Source of the DNA: Prevotella sp.
GTDB taxonomy: Bacteria > Bacteroidota > Bacteroidia > Bacteroidales > Dysgonomonadaceae
Assembly (NCBI GenBank): GCA_031285625.1
Contig: JAITVV010000095.1
Location: 259,282 to 323,281 of the forward strand
Reading direction: 5' to 3'
Length of the DNA: 64,000 nt
The notes under the pieces were generated by a model. The model was given only the letters and a program-made list of their open reading frames with translations, searched no databases and was not told the DNA's origin. Numbering within the stretch: position 1 is the stretch's first letter; each line of letters opens with the position of its first letter. Positions 20,105-30,365 of the stretch are shown here, piece by piece. A program made the translations under genes and the position numbers.

Positions 20105-20842
20105 ATGGAAGCATATGAGAGAATCAGGAAAATCAGGGAGGATCTGTTTAAAGGATCAAATATTGAGTTTGCAAAGGCAATAGATGAAAAACCCAACACT
20201 ACCAGCAACTGGATGAGTGGAAATCGCAAGATAGGGCTCGAAGTACTTGAAAAAATACTGGCGCGCCTGCCCCAGATAAGTTCAAGTTGGCTGGTGTCGG
20301 GAGAAGGGCCGATGATAAAAACAGATTCGGGCAAGGAAGAGCCTTACCTGATCACCAAATCGGGGGTAAAATATTTTCAGTTGCCTAACGGTAAGTTTCT
20401 GATGCGTGTACCTTTTGTTCCAGTGAAGGCATACGCCAAGTATGTAGACGAACACAGGGATGCTGAGGCCGCCGAACCGCTGGATGAATACAATTTTATA
20501 GTAGACCAGATAGGGCACGGATGCTATATGGCCTTTGAGATAAAGGGCGACAGCATGGATGATGATACACGTAAAAGTCTCGGCAATGGCGATATCGTTT
20601 TGGGGCGTGAACTGGGGCCGGAGCACTGGAAGGATAAACTGCACACCAATGAGTATCCTAACTGGGTGATTGTATTAGACAACACAATCTTGTGTAAGCA
20701 GATTGTAGATCAGGATGTGGAGAGGGGGGTTATTACCTGCCATTCGTTGAATCCTTCACCTGAATATTCAGATTTTGAGCTAAGCTTTAATGATATTCGA
20801 CAGATGTTCAATATTATACAGAGAGTGTCGAATATGATATAA
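20105..20842 (+). CDS. CI/LexA-like repressor (XRE HTH plus S24 peptidase domain)
   Basis: N-terminal HTH, SWLVSGEGPM linker, catalytic GDSM Ser and LCKQI Lys, HSLNP. Confidence 0.88.
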   Translation: MEAYERIRKIREDLFKGSNIEFAKAIDEKPNTTSNWMSGNRKIGLEVLEKILARLPQISSSWLVSGEGPMIKTDSGKEEPYLITKSGVKYFQLPNGKFLMRVPFVPVKAYAKYVDEHRDAEAAEPLDEYNFIVDQIGHGCYMAFEIKGDSMDDDTRKSLGNGDIVLGRELGPEHWKDKLHTNEYPNWVIVLDNTILCKQIVDQDVERGVITCHSLNPSPEYSDFELSFNDIRQMFNIIQRVSNMI

Positions 20843-20843
20843 C

Positions 20844-21188
20844 ATGGCAAAATATAAGAAAACCAGTTTCATTGGGTTGCTCATACTGATATCTATTTAC
20901 ATGCTTATTTCCGTATCTTTAAACAAATGTGTAGAAAACAGACAAAAGGGAGCAGAGTATAGAGGAGTATTGAATGAAGTTTTTAGGGATGAAAATAACA
21001 GATATACACATACCTACAAAATTCAAACTGATAATGGAATCATTAATCAAGTAGTTATTTCTTATAGTAAGAGTTTAGATTATGTAGAAATTGGAGATTC
21101 TATTATTACAGAAAAAGGAAAGCTGGAAATAATCATTAGGAAGAAAAGTTCCAATTATAATACTTATGCAGTTTTTCCTTATGAATAA
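20844..21188 (+). CDS. Hypothetical membrane-anchored protein
   Basis: N-terminal TM; low GC; starts 1 bp after the repressor. Confidence 0.55.
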   Translation: MAKYKKTSFIGLLILISIYMLISVSLNKCVENRQKGAEYRGVLNEVFRDENNRYTHTYKIQTDNGIINQVVISYSKSLDYVEIGDSIITEKGKLEIIIRKKSSNYNTYAVFPYE

Positions 21189-21197
21189 TGCGCTGGT

Positions 21198-22367
21198 TTA
21201 CACTGTCTCTTTATAAATACCCAGCACTTCTTCTACATTCTTCAGCCATCCCTGAAAATCGAAGCGGGCTACAGCTTTATCCAGATCGGTGCTATATTTT
21301 ACCGACAGGGTAGGATCGTCAAGTACCATCTTCATTCCTTGATAGACACCTTCGGCACTATTGTCGACAAGGATGCCGTATTTGCCGCCATCGACGATAT
21401 CGCGTGGGCCTCCACAGTCGGTAGTGATAACAGGGGTACGCAGCGCCATAGATTCGAGCAATGCCAGAGAAAAACTTTCCCTCTCGGAAACGCACAACGA
21501 CCATTTACACTGCAATATATACGGGAAAGGGTTCTCGATACGGCCATACAGTGTAATATTATCTGTAAGGTTGAGCCCGGTTAATGAATCATGCATCGAC
21601 TGGCTGTTCATACCTTCACCTATAATATAAATATGAAAAGTATAACCTTCTTCTTTCAACCGGCCGGCAGCATTCAGCAACCTGTCGGTACGCTTTTCGG
21701 GTGATATACGTGTTATCAGTATAAAGTTGGTATGCCCCTGAGGAAGGTCTTCGATCGGTTGTTTTGCCTTTTCGGCTGCAGTGGACAGATCGATGGCATT
21801 GTACAATACTACAATATCCTTGGGCATGCTGCCATCATGCAAAACATTCAGATAGGCATTCCGGGCAGCATCGGAAACACAGATTACCTTATCAAATTTG
21901 TCATAAGACTTTTGCACCCTTTTTATTTGCTTCTTATTTAGCCAGACCGACAACTTTTCGCGCGTGGTATTTGCTTCATATTTTCGTTTGTAGAGTATAT
22001 TATGTATCCACAACACTTTAGGCACTTCCATCTTACTGAATATGCGGGCAAAGAATGTTTCTTTGAAGCAGACTATTTCGTCATAATCGGCAGCTTTTAT
22101 ACCTTTCCTTTTAGCAAAGATGCGGGGAAAGAATATCATCAGGTTTTCGCCGATCTTCTTTTTCAGATGCGATGTATCTTTTTCATAGATATACTTTACA
22201 TGTACCCGCCACGACAGGTCGCGGAGTAATATATTCCGGTCGGATGGTTCGGGCAAAAGCAGTGTGATGGCACATTCTTTGGTTACCAGGTGATTAAGCA
22301 GGCTGACAAGGAGCTTTTCCGTTCCTCCCATTTCCATGCTGTCATTGAAAAATAGAATGCGTTTCAT
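21198..22367 (-). CDS. Glycosyltransferase family 4
   Basis: GGTEK, RISPEK, ESFSLALLESMAL, TDCGG motifs. Confidence 0.9.
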   Translation of the reverse strand: MKRILFFNDSMEMGGTEKLLVSLLNHLVTKECAITLLLPEPSDRNILLRDLSWRVHVKYIYEKDTSHLKKKIGENLMIFFPRIFAKRKGIKAADYDEIVCFKETFFARIFSKMEVPKVLWIHNILYKRKYEANTTREKLSVWLNKKQIKRVQKSYDKFDKVICVSDAARNAYLNVLHDGSMPKDIVVLYNAIDLSTAAEKAKQPIEDLPQGHTNFILITRISPEKRTDRLLNAAGRLKEEGYTFHIYIIGEGMNSQSMHDSLTGLNLTDNITLYGRIENPFPYILQCKWSLCVSERESFSLALLESMALRTPVITTDCGGPRDIVDGGKYGILVDNSAEGVYQGMKMVLDDPTLSVKYSTDLDKAVARFDFQGWLKNVEEVLGIYKETV

Positions 22368-22377
22368 ACCGATTTGT

Positions 22378-23337
22378 TCAGGAGATTATTTTTACTACCG
22401 ATTCTACCCAGTAGTCTTCACTATTGAGGCAGGGAATGTATGTGAGTTCCGCACCTCCGTGCTTTATAAACAATTGTTTGGTCTTTAAGTTTATGTCATA
22501 CAGCGTTTCCAGGTTGTCGGCCGCAAATCCCGGTGCTACTACAAGGATCTTTTTGTGCCCTTCTTCTGCTAGTTCCTTTACAATCTCGTCCAGATCAGGA
22601 TTTAGCCAGTTGCTGCCCATAGCCGAGTGATAAGTCAGTCTGGTCTTTCTGTAATCTATGTTCAGTTCTTTAGTCAGCAATAATACTGTTTCTTTGGTCT
22701 GATATACATAGTCAAACTCTTTACCTTTCCTCCACCCCTTTTCTACATGGCTGATAGGCAGGCTGTGAAAACTGAAAACAATCTTATCAAAACCATCTTT
22801 TATATGAGGCTCTATACTTTTGGCAAGGGAAGAGATATAAGCCGGATGATTGAAGTAAGGTTCAATAAATTTAAGCCGGAAAGGATAAGGGCGTTTGAAA
22901 AACTGTTTACCGACTTCGTCTATTACAGTTTTATATGATGATTCCGCATATTGCGGAAACAAGGGCAATACGATCACCTCATGCAATCTGTTATTCTTAG
23001 CAATAAGGCGCTCCAGAGCAAGCGTTGTATCAGGCTGCCCATACCTCATAGCTACCTCTACAGGCATTTCCGTAAGGGTTTCCAGTTTCCGGGCAAGGTC
23101 TTTTGCATGATATAGCAGAGGGGAATCCTTATACTTATGGTTCCATATAAGCCTGTAATGGGCTGTAGAACTAAACTGACGCAGGGGTATAATAATACCG
23201 TTTACCAGAATAGGGCGAAACCAGTCGGGCACAGTCATCACATACGGATCTGAAAGCATAGAGCGAATAAAGAATTTCACATCTTTCCGTCCACAAGTTT
23301 TGGGACTGCCGGTATTTACTAATAGAACTCCTTTCAT
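22378..23337 (-). CDS. hemH: Ferrochelatase
   Basis: LLVNTGSP, AMRYGQP, LPLFPQYA, FSFHSLP, DNLETL, IPCLN motifs. Confidence 0.92.
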   Translation of the reverse strand: MKGVLLVNTGSPKTCGRKDVKFFIRSMLSDPYVMTVPDWFRPILVNGIIIPLRQFSSTAHYRLIWNHKYKDSPLLYHAKDLARKLETLTEMPVEVAMRYGQPDTTLALERLIAKNNRLHEVIVLPLFPQYAESSYKTVIDEVGKQFFKRPYPFRLKFIEPYFNHPAYISSLAKSIEPHIKDGFDKIVFSFHSLPISHVEKGWRKGKEFDYVYQTKETVLLLTKELNIDYRKTRLTYHSAMGSNWLNPDLDEIVKELAEEGHKKILVVAPGFAADNLETLYDINLKTKQLFIKHGGAELTYIPCLNSEDYWVESVVKIIS

Positions 23338-23344
23338 GTGGTCA

Positions 23345-23431
23345 ATTCGAAAATGAGCAGATTAGCGGATTAGCAAATTCGGGAATGAGAAATATTTTTT
23401 ACTAATTTGCTAATTCTCGAATCTGCTAATT
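23345..23431. repeat. AATTAGC/GCTAATT-unit imperfect inverted repeat
   Basis: AATTCGAAAATGAGCAGATTAGC...GCTAATTCTCGAATCTGCTAATT; related arrays at 42683-42831, 43408-43511, 52260-52331. Confidence 0.6.
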
Positions 23432-23438
23432 TATATAT

Positions 23439-24413
23439 TTACACGTACGTCTCCAAAAGTAATACACTTCCCTGAGGGCTTATACTTACACTCTTGGTAT
23501 CTGCCGGGATAAGGATTGTCTCACCTTGTTTTACACTGAGGTCATTCCCTTTGTTATCCCTGATATCACAAGCTCCACCCATACAAATATAGGCAATAAA
23601 AGAGTCATTGCCGGTATAATCACGGGTAATATCTTTTGTAAGTTCAAGCAGGTTTGTAGTAAAGTACTTGCACGACTCCAGCTCTACCGGCTGGTTTTCT
23701 TTGCGGGTATAAGACGATTTGTAATTGTCATACAATTTGTAGTCTATGGCATCTTTAGCAAGCTCGGTATGCAATTCGCGTCCGTTTCCGTTTGCATCCT
23801 TCCGGTTGTAATCATATATACGGTATGTGATATCTGAGGTTTGCTGTATCTCGGCAATGAATGTTCCGGCACCGATAGCGTGTACACGTCCGGCAGGAAG
23901 GAAGAATACATCCCCTTTCTTTATATCATGCTTAGCCAGAGAATCTACAAATGTATTGTCTTCGATGCTTTTCACATACGATTCGGGAGTCATTTGTTTT
24001 TCAAATCCTGAGTACAGGAAAGCTCCCGGAGCGGCATTGATTACGTACCACATTTCTGTTTTGCCAAAAGAATTGTGTCTTTTCTTAGCCAGTTCATCGT
24101 CAGGGTGTACCTGTATAGAAAGATTATCGCGGGCATCAATAAATTTGATAAGCAACGGGAATGTTGTTCCAAAAGTGTCAAAATTCTTTTTACCTACCAG
24201 TTGCTCCTTATATGTTGCTATAACCTCGTCCAGGCTTTTGTTTTCCAGTTCACCGTTAGCTATAACCGACACATTGCCTTTTACACTGGATATTTCCCAA
24301 CTCTCGCCGATGCCTTCCTGCAACGGGGTTACATTCTTAAACTTGCATATTTCGTCACCTCCCCAAATAATGGATTTGAGAATAGGTTTAAATTTTAAGG
24401 GGTATAAATTCAT
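23439..24413 (-). CDS. manA: Mannose-6-phosphate isomerase, class I
   Basis: IWGG, GESWEIS, FPLLIKFIDA, LSIQVHPDD, GKTEMW, EIQQTSD motifs. Confidence 0.92.
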   Translation of the reverse strand: MNLYPLKFKPILKSIIWGGDEICKFKNVTPLQEGIGESWEISSVKGNVSVIANGELENKSLDEVIATYKEQLVGKKNFDTFGTTFPLLIKFIDARDNLSIQVHPDDELAKKRHNSFGKTEMWYVINAAPGAFLYSGFEKQMTPESYVKSIEDNTFVDSLAKHDIKKGDVFFLPAGRVHAIGAGTFIAEIQQTSDITYRIYDYNRKDANGNGRELHTELAKDAIDYKLYDNYKSSYTRKENQPVELESCKYFTTNLLELTKDITRDYTGNDSFIAYICMGGACDIRDNKGNDLSVKQGETILIPADTKSVSISPQGSVLLLETYV

Positions 24414-24621
24414 CTTATCTTTTTGTTTTACAAATTTCTATGCAAAAGTAGTTAAACTTTTATCAATTCTTTTGCCTATTTGTTAATTTTCATATCAAAA
24501 TATAGTTATGATTATCTAAAAAAATCATATATTCGCGAAAAATATATACACACAAACGAAACGCTCAGGCGGAATTTTGTACTAGCACAAACGAACACAT
24601 ACACAATAATAGATTAATGCT

Positions 24622-25227
24622 ATGATTTTTATTTTTGGTACGAGGACTACTACTGGTAATCCTATACAAACAGGACAAACCTGTCCCGCCTGCGGTGAAG
24701 AACATTCCATCATGATGGTGCCCGAACAACGGTATTTTCATCTCTTCTGGATTCCATTATTTCCTACAAGCAAACAATTTACACCGGTTTGTAATTTGTG
24801 TGGGGCAATGTTTACTACACAGAAAGTTCCTGTAACGGATGAGGTACGTAAGCAGTATAAAACCCCAAAATGGACGTTGCTGGGACCCATAGTTCTGGGA
24901 TTACTGATACTTGCCGTCATTATATCTGTTTCCGTAACATCTGTAAGCGAGAATTCAGACCTGAAGGCAAAGGTTGAGAACCCTCAGGAAGGGGATATCT
25001 ATCATGTAAAATATGATGTACATCAGTACAGCCTGATGAGAGTAGCATCCTTTTCACCCGACTCTGTCTACTTCCACTTGTCACCCGGCCGGATAGAGAG
25101 AAAATCCGATCTGGATAAGATGGCTGAGATGGACGCTTTTAACACACTAGAACTTAAAGGATTTTCAAAAGATGAATTAAAGAAAAATTCGATACCCGAA
25201 ATAGAAATACTTAGAATAAGAAGATAA
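24622..25227 (+). CDS. Zinc-ribbon domain membrane protein
   Basis: CPACG..YFHLFWIPLFP..CNLC followed by a TM segment. Confidence 0.8.
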   Translation: MIFIFGTRTTTGNPIQTGQTCPACGEEHSIMMVPEQRYFHLFWIPLFPTSKQFTPVCNLCGAMFTTQKVPVTDEVRKQYKTPKWTLLGPIVLGLLILAVIISVSVTSVSENSDLKAKVENPQEGDIYHVKYDVHQYSLMRVASFSPDSVYFHLSPGRIERKSDLDKMAEMDAFNTLELKGFSKDELKKNSIPEIEILRIRR

Positions 25228-25272
25228 AAAGAAGACAAGACAAGAAAAGCCGGATTTCTCCGGCTTTTTGTA

Positions 25273-26121
25273 TTAGTTGCCAATCGTTTTTAATATTTCA
25301 TTCGTTATCAAGTCAGGTTCATCCAAATAGATAAAATGAGAACTCTTATCAGTTATGATATGACGGAGATTCTTGTGATCATTCTCCAGTTGCTTGTTTA
25401 ACCTTAAATGAACAGCAAAGGCTCTTTTATTAAATTCGACAAACCTTTCTTCTATCTCTACTTCCTTTATCGAGGTAAATAAGTACACCGGAATATCCGG
25501 AGGAATAGCGTATCTTTCACCGGATTCCATCAATCCCAGATTGAAACTTATCTCATCAGCAGCTCCGGGAGGTACTTGAGCTATAATATTTTGCCAATTG
25601 CCGATATAGTCGTTCCACATTTCTTCTGTTACAGCGGCTTTTAGTTCCTTATAAAACAATTCATGATAAGCATCGATTAAAAAAAGCGCCTTCACTTTCT
25701 GTGGATATAATTCCGCATATTTTCTGACTATATAGCCACCTATGGAGTGACCTACTAGAATAACGGGCGTATTTACATCAAGTGTATTAATTATCATCTC
25801 AAGTTCTGCTGTCATTGACCCGATATTCTTGCTGTCTGGTATATAATCGGAATTACCCAGACCGCTTCTGTCATAGGAAATAACCCGGGCGTATTCCGAT
25901 AATTGCTCCTGAAAACTCCCCCATGTTTCCAGACCCATCGTTGCTCCGGAAACTAAAACAAGGGTAGCGCTACCGGAACCGGTATCACGATAACAGGTTT
26001 TACTGCCATTGTTTTGAAGACAGCTAACATGTTTATTTTCCGAATTTTGAGCCATAATAGGTTGATTAAGTGATAAAAATACAGTAAACAAAATACAGAA
26101 TCTTGAGATATACTTTTTCAT
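25273..26121 (-). CDS. Secreted alpha/beta hydrolase
   Basis: YDRSGLGNS, GHSIGG nucleophile elbow, C-terminal His. Confidence 0.88.
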   Translation of the reverse strand: MKKYISRFCILFTVFLSLNQPIMAQNSENKHVSCLQNNGSKTCYRDTGSGSATLVLVSGATMGLETWGSFQEQLSEYARVISYDRSGLGNSDYIPDSKNIGSMTAELEMIINTLDVNTPVILVGHSIGGYIVRKYAELYPQKVKALFLIDAYHELFYKELKAAVTEEMWNDYIGNWQNIIAQVPPGAADEISFNLGLMESGERYAIPPDIPVYLFTSIKEVEIEERFVEFNKRAFAVHLRLNKQLENDHKNLRHIITDKSSHFIYLDEPDLITNEILKTIGN

Positions 26122-26134
26122 ATCTTGCTGAGTT

Positions 26135-27241
26135 TTATGTTTGCTGATGTGCCATACCTATTATTTGGCAATCTGTACATACCTCAAAGTATATGGTACC
26201 ATCGCCGGAACCTAGTATATAATCCTGAATTTGAGCAAAATATTTCATTTTCTTACTGCAACAAGGGCAATCCAGATATTCGGTATCCTGTACCCAGTTG
26301 GCCATTCCTCCTATCATGTGCGTGATATCATCTTTACAGCCATACAAAGGATTTACAGGTTCCCGAGCCAAGACAAAGTTATTATTTTCAAATTCGGTAA
26401 GATCCTCGTCAGTCATATAGTTTTCGTCCAGATATGCATCGTCGCTCACTTCCAACACTTCCGATTCTCCATTTACTGTATATCTGCAATATGTAGGCCC
26501 ATAAACAGAACTACAATTAGGGCAGGTGAGCGCTTTAATAACACCATCGATGCCAAGAAAGCTTAACCGTTCGTCCCGGCCATCGATTGTGAGCATATCT
26601 ACCATCTGACAGGAACAATGGCTGCACTTAGTATCTTTGCGGACACACATTATTGCCGCTTTATCTTTTTCCCTGTCTCCTTTTACGAATGGATAAGCCT
26701 GAGGATAGACAAGCTGTACGCGGGTTCCGTCTTTTTCAAAAGTCCATCCTCCAATATCTGCATACCTGGAGGGGTCTACATATAATTTCTTGCGCCACTC
26801 GCGCGGATTATTCTCCAATTCGAGAAAAGCATTCAATATCTTATTACCGGGGTCTTCTTTTACCAGCGAAAGGCAGCATAACATTGAGCTTCCTTCGGTT
26901 TTATCGGGTGTAGTAAGTAACAGGTTTATCATTTTATCCACCGTTTCGGGAAAAGCATCGCGGTATAATTCGTGCGGATAATATACTTCTTTTGCGAATG
27001 CAGCTTTTGCAATATCAGCCGTATTTATTGCACGGTAATGAAACAATGGCCTGAAATACTGATATATAATATCCTTATCCTCAATATTGTCTATTACGTA
27101 TTGTTTCTTTTTCTCAATCTCCTCGTCCGGCATAACCAGCCATTCGTCGCGTTCTTTTTCTATACGGCACCAGTAGCATAGCCCTTCAAAATATTTTTCT
27201 CTGCCGCAGTTTGTACAGGGGATAGGTATTCTTTCTGCCAT
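26135..27241 (-). CDS. Cys-rich hypothetical protein with YwqG/DUF1963-like C-terminus
   Basis: Several CxxC motifs; IGGMANWVQD..CPCC..M....QI...GDGTIY. Confidence 0.55.
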   Translation of the reverse strand: MAERIPIPCTNCGREKYFEGLCYWCRIEKERDEWLVMPDEEIEKKKQYVIDNIEDKDIIYQYFRPLFHYRAINTADIAKAAFAKEVYYPHELYRDAFPETVDKMINLLLTTPDKTEGSSMLCCLSLVKEDPGNKILNAFLELENNPREWRKKLYVDPSRYADIGGWTFEKDGTRVQLVYPQAYPFVKGDREKDKAAIMCVRKDTKCSHCSCQMVDMLTIDGRDERLSFLGIDGVIKALTCPNCSSVYGPTYCRYTVNGESEVLEVSDDAYLDENYMTDEDLTEFENNNFVLAREPVNPLYGCKDDITHMIGGMANWVQDTEYLDCPCCSKKMKYFAQIQDYILGSGDGTIYFEVCTDCQIIGMAHQQT

Positions 27242-27327
27242 AATTTTATAAGTTATAGGTAATTCTTATTTAATACGATTCAGCTGACCTTAATGATTTT
27301 ATCAAAAAAACTGACAAAATAATCTGA

Positions 27328-29079
27328 TTACGGCGGCATAAACCATGTAACCGGAAATATACTCTGATATTTTGCCGGAGTTAGTGTCTCTCCTGTTTTA
27401 TAATCAATAATTCCCTGTTTGCCATTCTTAGAGACTATTGCCGTATTACCGGAAATGACTTCAATCTGGTCATATATATAAGGGAAGACGTTTTGCCTTT
27501 TCTCAACATCAAATATAGTACTTTTATCTCCGTCGAAAATAAAAAAATAATGACTTGATATATGGCTGATATCACCATCTATACGCGACAAGAGCACTTC
27601 CTTACTTCTGTAATTGATAATCTCGGTAAGGGCATCAGGTCCGTTTACATGACCATAAGTATGCGCATAGAGTAAAGAATCATCAAGAATTCTCATTTCG
27701 TTCTTTCTACTCACTATTTCTTCTCCATTGAGCCCATCAACAAGACTGTATGTATAAGTACCCAATTCCGATTCCATGATTACCGGACGATCGGTTTGTA
27801 AATAAATTTGTCCATTGTATGTAAAAGATTTTTCGTTCTGCCCCGTCTCCAGATTGTAAATAACAGAGTAGTCTCCCTTACTCAGCCGTACAATGCTATC
27901 TGCAACGACCTCATCGGCATAACCTACATTATAATCTATCTGGTCATATTCGATAGGTATTATCAACTTTCCTTTCCTGTCATAGAGCCCTTGTTTACCA
28001 TCTTTGCCGACAATGAAATATTTATAGCTTGTGAAAGCCGAAACATAGTCATATTCGCAAGGTACAGCAAGTTCTCCGTCACCGGTCAGTAATCCATATT
28101 TATTGCCACAAATAGTAGTGTAAATATCAACCTGATAGACATTATGCCCAATGTAATTGTATATATGCGGTTGCTTAGTTTCACCTGTATAGGCATTCAC
28201 CAAGCCGTATTTGCCTGCATCTTGTGCAAACACAAAATCGCCATAGAACGAGTCAGCTCCGGGTATTTGAATCATTCCATATTTCAGTGGAACCGTATAT
28301 TGCCGGGTATCGGCATCAAATATACCATACTTCCCGTCTTTCAGGATACGGAAAAGAGAGGATTTACCACCGAACTTTTTCAGCCATTTTACACCAGCAG
28401 TCTGTTTTGGGGAGAGAACGATATTCCCAAGCGTATCCATTATACCATAATTGGCCCATGCATTACCTTTGGTAAGACTGTCGCAAACTACAAAATAGTC
28501 GCCTGCCTGAGAAATATAATACTTGTAGGGAATAACAAGTTCCCCGGTAACGGTATTCTCCACTCCATTGAATTTATCATTGCCTACTACCTTGAAACGT
28601 GGTGGACGGTTGTATCTTATTTCCCTGAACATGGTGTCGCATCCGGCTACTACACGATTGACCAGATCATACTTCATACAATCATCCGTGGATGTGGACA
28701 TGAACTCCAATGCTTCTTCGGCATATAAATTATTCATTATATCATAGTAGGCAGATATTTCTTTTCCTTGTTCATCGATAAGTACATACCTTTCTTTTTT
28801 CTTACCCACAAACAAATTGTAATACTCCAATCCATACAGGCTGTCGTAGATAAAGGAGGTAAGGCGTTTTCCCGTCCGGGAGTCAATCAGGCTCCACTTT
28901 CTATTTTTCTTAGCATATATATAGCCTTCGGGCGATACATCTATCGAGTCATATTTAAGAGGCAAAATAGTCTTCCCTGTTAGCAGGCTGATGATACCAT
29001 ACCTGCTTCCGTCGTGTGCAATCGCCAGTTCGTCCTGCTGTGCAAAACACATATGCGGAAGAGATAAGCCAAATGACAT
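27328..29079 (-). CDS. WG-repeat-containing protein (5' end possibly truncated)
   Basis: Repeated GKYGL(I/V)...G....P..YD units; start uncertain. Confidence 0.75.
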   Translation of the reverse strand: MSFGLSLPHMCFAQQDELAIAHDGSRYGIISLLTGKTILPLKYDSIDVSPEGYIYAKKNRKWSLIDSRTGKRLTSFIYDSLYGLEYYNLFVGKKKERYVLIDEQGKEISAYYDIMNNLYAEEALEFMSTSTDDCMKYDLVNRVVAGCDTMFREIRYNRPPRFKVVGNDKFNGVENTVTGELVIPYKYYISQAGDYFVVCDSLTKGNAWANYGIMDTLGNIVLSPKQTAGVKWLKKFGGKSSLFRILKDGKYGIFDADTRQYTVPLKYGMIQIPGADSFYGDFVFAQDAGKYGLVNAYTGETKQPHIYNYIGHNVYQVDIYTTICGNKYGLLTGDGELAVPCEYDYVSAFTSYKYFIVGKDGKQGLYDRKGKLIIPIEYDQIDYNVGYADEVVADSIVRLSKGDYSVIYNLETGQNEKSFTYNGQIYLQTDRPVIMESELGTYTYSLVDGLNGEEIVSRKNEMRILDDSLLYAHTYGHVNGPDALTEIINYRSKEVLLSRIDGDISHISSHYFFIFDGDKSTIFDVEKRQNVFPYIYDQIEVISGNTAIVSKNGKQGIIDYKTGETLTPAKYQSIFPVTWFMPP

Positions 29080-29446
29080 TGAGGTTGAGTGTGCACACAG
29101 CCCCAATCAACAAAGTATATATAGCCAAGAAGATATAACTGTTCCCCGGATCGGGTTCTGAAACTGAAAAACCTGCTTCTTCGAAAGCCTTCAGTACAAA
29201 TTCTACTTTTCCGTTAGCATTTGCCAAAGAGATGATTCCCTTATTGTTTGTAGAATTATGTATAAATAAAGTTTTTCCATTTACTTTTATCTTCACCGAA
29301 TTTGCATCTTCCCCATAGAAAACGTTTTTAATCCCTGATTTCCATATGATTTCCATATCGGAAAACTCTGCCGATAACAGATCATAAAATTTATAAATTG
29401 CAACAGGGTCGAAGTTGTCTTCGATCGAAATTCTTGAAAATAGCAT
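28955..29446 (-). CDS. Hypothetical membrane protein, possibly truncated
   Basis: 163 aa; C-terminus overlaps the WG-repeat gene out of frame. Confidence 0.45.
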   Translation of the reverse strand: MLFSRISIEDNFDPVAIYKFYDLLSAEFSDMEIIWKSGIKNVFYGEDANSVKIKVNGKTLFIHNSTNNKGIISLANANGKVEFVLKAFEEAGFSVSEPDPGNSYIFLAIYTLLIGAVCTLNLNVIWLISSAYVFCTAGRTGDCTRRKQVWYHQPANREDYFAS

Positions 29447-29551
29447 TGTAGTTTGTGTGTTTAAGGTTTAGAGTAGGTAAATAATTCGGGCTATTTATTG
29501 TAAATAGTAAATAGCCCGAATTATATTTTTTAAAGATGTGATGCAGGAGCT

Positions 29552-30118
29552 TTAGCTTTTCACTCTTTCTACATACGAGCCATCTTTTGTATTGATCTTG
29601 ATCTTATCGCCCTCGTTGATGAATAGCGGAACACGTACTTCTGCTCCTGTTTCTACAGTTGCAGGTTTCAATGTGTTAGTTGCTGTATCACCTTTCATGC
29701 CCGGCTCTGTGTAGGTGATCTCAAGGACTACATTCTGAGGCATTTCTGCTGTCAGTACAGTCTCCGTTTCGGCATGTACCTGAACTTCTACCATATCGCC
29801 TTCTTTGAGGAAAGCTACCCCTTCTATCATATCTCCGGCAAGGGAAATTTGCTCGAAAGTTTCGGTATTCATAAAGTTATATCCCATATCATCCTGATAA
29901 AGGTATTGATAAGGACGTCTTTCGATACGTACTTCATCCAGTTTCACACCGGCATTGAAAGTTCTTTCAAGTACACGGCCTGTAGTTACACTTCTCATTT
30001 TTGTACGTACAAAAGCCGCACCTTTACCCGGTTTTACATGTAGGAATTCGATAATAACATAGTATTGCCCGTCTATATCGATGCACATACCATTTCTTAT
30101 ATCTGCTGTAGTTGCCAT
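29552..30118 (-). CDS. efp: Elongation factor P
   Basis: [28 protein letters not shown] motifs. Confidence 0.97.
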   Translation of the reverse strand: MATTADIRNGMCIDIDGQYYVIIEFLHVKPGKGAAFVRTKMRSVTTGRVLERTFNAGVKLDEVRIERRPYQYLYQDDMGYNFMNTETFEQISLAGDMIEGVAFLKEGDMVEVQVHAETETVLTAEMPQNVVLEITYTEPGMKGDTATNTLKPATVETGAEVRVPLFINEGDKIKINTKDGSYVERVKS

Positions 30119-30276
30119 TAATTATATTTTATCGTTATTAAATTTTTTCGAGTTGCAAAGATAACGAAAAAGATTTTCTAATAAAATCTATATTCCTTGA
30201 ACCTCAATATTTTTACTTGAATCTGATTTATCTTTTTAATTTGTTATGCTGACTTTAGGAATTTTTCTTCTCTCTT

Positions 30277-30346
30277 TGTCATTCTGAATGTAATGAAGAA
30301 TCTCAACCCTCCGGACACGAGATGTTTCACTCCGTTCAACATGACA
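30277..30346. repeat. REP-like palindromic element (TGTCA...TGACA family)
   Basis: TGTCATTCTGAATGTAATGAAGAATCTC...GAGATGTTTCACTCCGTTCAACATGACA; near-identical to 32025-32094. Confidence 0.85.
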
Positions 30347-30365
30347 AAAAGATATGAAAAATTAC

